The notes beneath the pieces are model-generated. The model made no database searches. It was given only the letters and a program-made list of their open reading frames with translations, and was not told where the DNA came from. From Eutreptiella sp. 'Long Island Sound 2002' (taxonomy: Eukaryota; Protista; Euglenida), in NCBI GenBank assembly GCA_964036045.1, contig OZ038378.1, positions 196,044,001 through 196,108,000 on the forward strand: a DNA stretch of 64,000 bases. The letters run 5' to 3'. Positions 58,701-64,000 of the stretch are shown one piece after another. Numbering within the stretch: position 1 is the first letter of the stretch; each line of letters begins with the position of its first letter. The translations under genes were made by a program, and so were the position numbers.

Positions 58701-61415
58701 CATGGGATTTTGAGGCGAGGGTGGCAGCGTAGAGGTACGGGAAGTTGTGACATTGCGGTCAGATCTCATTTAGAAGGTGTGCCCACCGGCATGCGGTTGT
58801 GTATGGCACATTTTTCACGCGTTGCGCTGCATTGTGTCCATCTGCTGTGCAGGATGCACCCCGGTCTCGGACCGTGTGCACCGCATGGCGTCTGCAACGC
58901 AGATGGAAACAAGTGGTTTTACATCATTAGGGGTAGTCACAACATCAAAAAGAAAAAAAAACGGCTGGAATTTTCTATTTCTCAGCTGTTAGTGCTGAAA
59001 ACTGCCGAAGCAATCTGCGCACACTGGCCTGTGCCATTTTGTCCTTTTTCTTTCCGTTGAAATGGTGATTTCCTGGCTTTCGCATGGGCTATGGCCGGTC
59101 CTAGAAAGCCCTGCAAGCGCTTGCGCACCACTGTCTCCGAGGGGCTGCAGAAGATGTCCTGTTGCATCCTGCAACATGTAGTCTGTCACGGCATCCCCGA
59201 CTCCAACCCTCAAGGGGGGGGGACCGCCATGGATTTCCTCAAGCTGCCGAAAACGCTTGGCTCAGCAAAAACGGCAGGTTTGGCCCTGTTTTCAGTGCAA
59301 ACAGCACTTCCGTGTTTCAAACAGGTCAGTCCCACGTCTGAGGGGCTTGCTTGGGACGTGTCGGATGGGCACCAGGCTGTTGCTTGAGGAGAAGCCCCCT
59401 CCCGGGGGGGGGGGGGGGTCAGAGGCCAAAAAAATTTTTCTGTACCCAAATCGCCCTCAAATCTCCGGCCCTTTGATAAATTTCATTTTTTGCCGGAGAA
59501 AAATTTTTCTGATGTTGGGGGGTGGGGGGGTGGGTCGGCCGGGGCTGGCAAGGGCCCCGAACCCCCCCCCCCCTCCCTTTAAGGGTCCTTAAGAAAGAGC
59601 CTGATGGGCACTTATGAGCACAGCTCATGCAATTTTGAGCCATTTTGGTTAGCACAGCCACGGGATGCGTTTTCTGGGGGGATGGAACTGGGGCCTTTCA
59701 AATCTTGTTGTTGCCTTGTGTTGTCCGTGGCAGACCCTTCCATAGCGTCCTTTGGCCCGGCCATGCCAGGCAGATGCAGGGACAGCACGCACGGATCCAT
59801 GCCTTTCTGTGTGCAATCCCCTGACAGCCACTGCTTGGGTTGGAGGTCGAGAGGTGGCTGGGTGGATGGGGGCCAATGTTTTGGCCATTGTCCTCGGCTA
59901 TACGCCCCTCTCTCCCTTCGGGGGGCGAGGTCCGCTTTCATGGGGGGGCTGGGGTGGTGGCAGATTGGGAATGGCTACCACAGAATCGCAGGTGTTGGCC
60001 GTCGTTCATTGAGGCGATGCCGTACGTTGGGCATATGTGCCATTGCGCCATGACAACGCTTGTTGACTGATGTGGGGCAAAGATCAGCACTGAGCCGGGT
60101 GCCAAGCGAGGGCATGGGGATCAAAGGGCCATGGCCCCTGAGCAGAGCGTCCGGGTGGGTGGGTCAGGCAGCGCTGACCATTTCTTGCTAATAAACGGCA
60201 CGAAATAATATTTTGTTGTTCCGCTTTAGCACTCTTCAATCAAAGGTAAAATTCTTCAACAATCCGTTAAATTAATGTGCATTTGGGGGAGGGGGGGGGG
60301 GGGGCAGGAGAGGCAACCAGAACAGCGGGAACAGGGAACCAGAATGGAGCGGATGGCAGAACGTGCGCATGGGAGGCAGCGACAATAAAGGGGATGGCTT
60401 GGCCAGCCAGCCCCGTCGCTACCGGGTGCCAGGGCAACCCCTGCTCAACCGGCATCAGGTGGGGGGTGTCTCCCACAGCCCAGATGGGCTGTTTGCGCAA
60501 CAGGTGCGGGAGCCCATCAGGGGCAGACCAGCCGTGAGGGGGAAAAGTACATATGGTGGACGGCCAGGACAGCGCGTGGAGGAACAGGGCACCTGGGCCT
60601 CACGCACACAGAACCACAGCGAGGCAGGCTATGGACGGCCTGTGGACAGAGGCGCGTGGACAGCAAAAACAGTCAAACGACCAGCACATCCTCAAAACGC
60701 CAATTATTGGGCGCCGCTAACGTGCAAACGGCACACCATGCCACATTCAGCACAGCCCCAACGCACCAATTACTGGGCTCCGCGAACACGGAAACGACAC
60801 CAGCAAGAGCACCGGCCGCAGCGGCCGACAGAACGCAGCGACCCGACGCAACATGCGAAGGGAAGAGCGGGTGACCGTCCAGGGCCCCGTAAAGGAACAA
60901 CAACCAGACGGAATGTCACCCCGGGGGGGGGGGGGGGCTGGGTATGGCTGCGGCTTGGGGCTGCTCATCTGTCCTGACCACCGGGCGGTGTGGGCCAGCG
61001 TTGGCGCTTTTGGGGGGGGTACAGCCCCGGGAAGAGGAGGAGCCCTGGCTGAGGGCCGCGTGAGGGTGCGGTGGTGCCCGCCGAGGCTTCATCCATGGGC
61101 CCCTGCAGGAGGGGGGGGGGGGGGAATGCAACTGCATTTACTTGCATTTCTGGCGTCGCATTTCTTACAGTTTTAACTTGCCATCCCCCCCCCCCCCCCG
61201 CCTGCAGGAGCAACACCGGGTTCTCTCCGCACGGACATGCCCAGCGCTTTGCGTCGGCGGGGGCGCTGGCTCGGAAGACGGGGTCGCTGCCCCCGCAGCG
61301 CGGACGGAGGCAGGCGCCTCCGTCCAGAAGCCCATCCCCCAAGAGAACGGCACTGACGAGCAGGAGCCCATCCCACGGCCTCGCGCACATTGCGGAGGCG
61401 TATGGAGGCTTTTAG
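49748..61415 (+). CDS. HAD-superfamily protein of the Swiss Army Knife RNA repair-like (HAD_SAK) type with disordered C-terminal tail (multi-exon)
   Basis: GT-AG exons 49748-49856 (MKVIFLDVDGVLHP), 51434-51563 (RICLSSSWR), 53242-53281 (AEILAWL), 57663-57739 (YTVLDD), 58235-58299 (VGLT..SADLA) join in frame. Tentative tail exons are 58853-58932, 59105-59277 and 61208-61415. Confidence 0.8.
51991..52170 (+). repeat. Dispersed repeat family D, copy 2
   Basis: Near-identical to 28927-29100. Confidence 0.9.
53085..53195. repeat. A/C-rich (AAAC/AAAAAC) low-complexity tandem repeat
   Basis: Directly visible. Confidence 0.9.
53712..54510. mobile_element. Non-autonomous TIR element with repeated subterminal 30-mers
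   Basis: Left Cn..TGTCCAGGAACCA vs right TGGTTCCTGGACA..Gn. GCGCAAGAACCAACCCCTGGTTCCGCGGTC at ~53741, ~54394 and ~54444. Confidence 0.6.
54850..54980. repeat. Short tandem repeat (~40-bp unit, CACTGCCC...GAGGCAGTG)
   Basis: About 3 imperfect copies. Confidence 0.6.
55307..55524. mobile_element. MITE family H, copy 2
   Basis: CAGGGCTGTCTTTAAG...CTTAAGGACAGCCCTG TIRs; internal CCAACCG repeats. Confidence 0.75.
56680..57038 (+). repeat. Dispersed repeat family E, copy 2
   Basis: Homologous to 60590-60925 and 29295-29588. Confidence 0.85.
59410..59580. repeat. Dispersed repeat family F, copy 2
   Basis: Homologous to 33650-33830. Confidence 0.75.
60590..60925 (+). repeat. Dispersed repeat family E, copy 3
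   Basis: Homologous to 56680-57038; terminal GGGTGAC...GTCACCC stem. Confidence 0.85.
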
Positions 61416-62753
61416 ACCCCCCGGGCACCGCGGTGCATGTGCGCACCGTGTGGCCACGGCCGGTGTCGCCTGGGCTCTGGGACCAGCAGATCCCTCTCCC
61501 GGACTCGTTGCATCGGTGGTGTCCCCATCGCGGACCGTCTCGCGGCCCAGACTGATGCGTCGCACGCGCCGTACCGACTGTACCAGAGCTGTGGACCGGG
61601 GGTTCCGAAGTGAGCGCCGCTCTGTCCGACCGTTACGCCCTTTGGGGCTGGCGACTGCCCACCGCACCCACCGTCTGCCTAAGCCTCCGGAGCGGCAGGA
61701 GCAGCCAGTGCCCAGTATTTGTTGACCCCAGCCCCGTTCTCCCCACAAACCGGTGAGCTCAGGAATTCAGCCGCTGCAGGGAAGTCGGGTTTTCAATTTG
61801 GCGGGGGGCGGGGGGGGGGGAGCGGGGTCAATAGAGCCCCCCAAAACTGGGGAGGTTCGGGAAAAGGGCTCAATCGACAGGGCCATCAATCAGTGATTGT
61901 GAACTCCGGCGCCTTTTTTTTTTTTGCACCGGAAATTTTTGTGAGCATTGAAAATGGTCAATTTTTTTTCACCAAATAATGATGCAAATGATGACTTTTC
62001 TGCATCCCCCTCGACGCCCTGATTCCAAAAAATCCCATTTTCAGTTTTTGCCGAATTTTGGTTTCAGGTCACCTCCGGGGCCCGGGGGGTCAGTCTTGGT
62101 AGGATTTTGGGGGCCCGTCAATTGAGCCCTTTTTTGGGGTAGAGGGGGGTCTGGCCAGAGGGCTGTATCGAACCCCCCCCCCCCCGAGTTGAAACCTGGC
62201 CACCCTGCCAGATATGCATTGGTGCCATGCTTGAGGGCACCACCTCACAATACTGTGCGCATACCACTTCAATGTCCTGCAACACAGTTTTGAAAGCAAG
62301 AAGCAAAGTCCCGTCTCACCCCCTGACCGTGACCCGTGTGCAATCGTGTTGGCGTGTTTGGCCAACGCTCCCTCGGCGCCGTGAAGGTGCTGCACGTGGG
62401 CGAGGAATGCCCAGGGCAGCACGGTTGTCCTGTTGGGGTTGCTGTGTTGGACTGCGACATGTCCCCGCAGCAGCGCAGCCCCCCCCCCCCCTCCCTTTTA
62501 GGGTGCACCCTGAAAAACACTCCTGCCCACTGATGACACTGCCTGTCTGTAGTTACATCTCTCCTTCCCCCTCTCAACCCCTTCCACACGCGGGTGATGG
62601 TTTGGCCAGAGGGAGGGCAACGGGAGGTTAGGGGAGCCTATGATTAACGAACGCTTGGCCTTCAGGGCATGTAACCCCCAGCCCCAGCCTGCCCCTAACT
62701 GCCCCTCCTGACCCCCCTCCGGCCAACAGTCAGTTGTGGGGGGGGGGGGGGGG

Positions 62754-62912
62754 TGGCACAAGGCCTCGGTATCTGATTGTTTGCTGGCGGTGCCTATTGG
62801 CCTCTCGCCACTGCTCATTCTGACCCTCTGTGGGTCCGAACATGTTTTGGTTGTGTCAACGGAGCCCCTGGATGACTTGTCCTGTTTGACTACTCCAGGG
62901 TCGCCTGTTCCG
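62754..62912 (-). repeat. Dispersed repeat family D, copy 3 (inverted)
   Basis: Reverse complement of 51991-52160. Confidence 0.9.
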
Positions 62913-64000
62913 GCTCGTTCGAGCCCCTGAAGGGGAGGGGGTGGGGGCGGTTGGTAAGGGGGCTCTTGTGACAGGCCAGACCAAAGCGGCCGGTGCAAAC
63001 ACTAGTAATGACTCACCAAAACTTTCCACGTGATACATTAAGTAAAAATGATCAGCGCATCGTGGGGATCCATGAACCATACATGCTGGGGCACCCCCGC
63101 CCCGTTGCGCAAGCCCTGCTTTGTCTAAGCACGGGGACCCTGTCTGACCATTGTTTTCCTGCCTTTCAGCATGCTTGTGCAAGGGGGCTACCTTAGAACC
63201 CCCTCGAACCTGCGCTGTCGGCCCGTCAGGGGTCCCCGTCATGGGAGCCGTGAAGGCGGGGGGGGGGGGTCTAGAAAAGGGGCTCCTCCGACCCCCCCCC
63301 CACGCGCGCAAATATTTTTTCTTCCACCCCTGGGCCACGCTTGCGCTTATCAGGAACACGTTCTGGTCTTTAGTCAAGGCGTTCCATGACAGTGGATCCC
63401 GCCGTTGGATGAGATGGGCTTCGTGTTCAGTTTGCAACCCTCTGGCATCTTTTTGGGGGCAGAAGAGTGAGGGCTGAGGCAGGGATGGAGGAGCGGGGGG
63501 AGGGTGAAGGGCGGGAGGAGGGAGGGAGGGAGGGAGGGAGTGGCCAGGGGGGGCAGTAGTCCATCAGTGGGGAGCGGGGGAGGAGGAGGAGGAGCTGCCG
63601 GCGATCGGCGCGGGCCCCGTGCCAGCGGATAGCCAAAGGGTGCCCACTCCCCGTGTCTCCACCACACGGATAGGGATGCAAGAGCACAGACTAGACTAGC
63701 CACGTCCATCCCGGGCGTAGGATGAATTGGGCCTGGTCTAGTCTCCAAACCAACACCCCTACTGAACCAGGATACCTCGGCGACAGACCCAACCTGGGGC
63801 TGGAACCCTGGTCGAGCGGACGCATAGAGGCCCCCGCCCAGCATGGCGTCTCAAGGCGACTTGTCTGATCGTCGGACGCCGACGGTAGGTATTCGTGGAC
63901 CTTAGTGACAGCTAGAGTCGCGCAAAACGGAGCTAAGCGAGTAATGCGCAGGTGGTGTACCTAACTGGGTCCCCACCGGATAGGTGTTCATGGGACGACC

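Noticed and set aside
59639-59650. GCCATTTTGG resembling part of the dinoflagellate spliced leader
   Set aside because: Only 10 matching bases, expected by chance.
24522-61415. Euglenid-type nonconventional introns
   Set aside because: Every intron I could model is satisfied by GT-AG boundaries.
62230-62460. Possible RT-thumb-like peptide on the minus strand (FLAHVQHL...LAKHANTI)
   Set aside because: Too short and degenerate to support without a profile search.

Overview
Repeat-rich eukaryotic genomic DNA, read by eye from the sequence and the ORF track. No rRNA operon or CRISPR array was found. Six host genes can be modelled, all on the + strand. Three are single-exon: a putative tail-anchored protein (5069-6238), an LRR protein with a CaaX box (14043-15107) and a Dpy-30/RIIa-like docking-motif ORF (18320-19111). 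Three are multi-exon with long GT-AG introns: a RAD5-type SNF2-RING helicase with a C-terminal UBA domain (24522-33464), a large multidomain protein with an FCP1/NIF HAD phosphatase domain and one in-frame TGA (37271 to at least 45934), and a HAD 'Swiss Army Knife'-like gene (49748-61415). The rest is mostly transposon-derived: two RNase H-bearing non-LTR retrotransposon families (here A and B), an IS5/ISL2EU/Harbinger-like DDE transposon family (C), many G/C-run-bounded MITE/SINE-like repeats, two degenerate tRNA-like units and microsatellites. The best candidate for an undescribed system is LINE family A. Its ORF continues past RNase H and a zinc finger into an unrecognised ~280-aa tail. All three copies that retain the 3' end finish in a covarying hairpin. 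A short dispersed family (E) ends in a similar stem, and two family A copies directly sandwich a host-like ORF. A euglenozoan-like host is suggested by gene co-orientation and acceptor-like AGs just before ATGs, but this is inference only.
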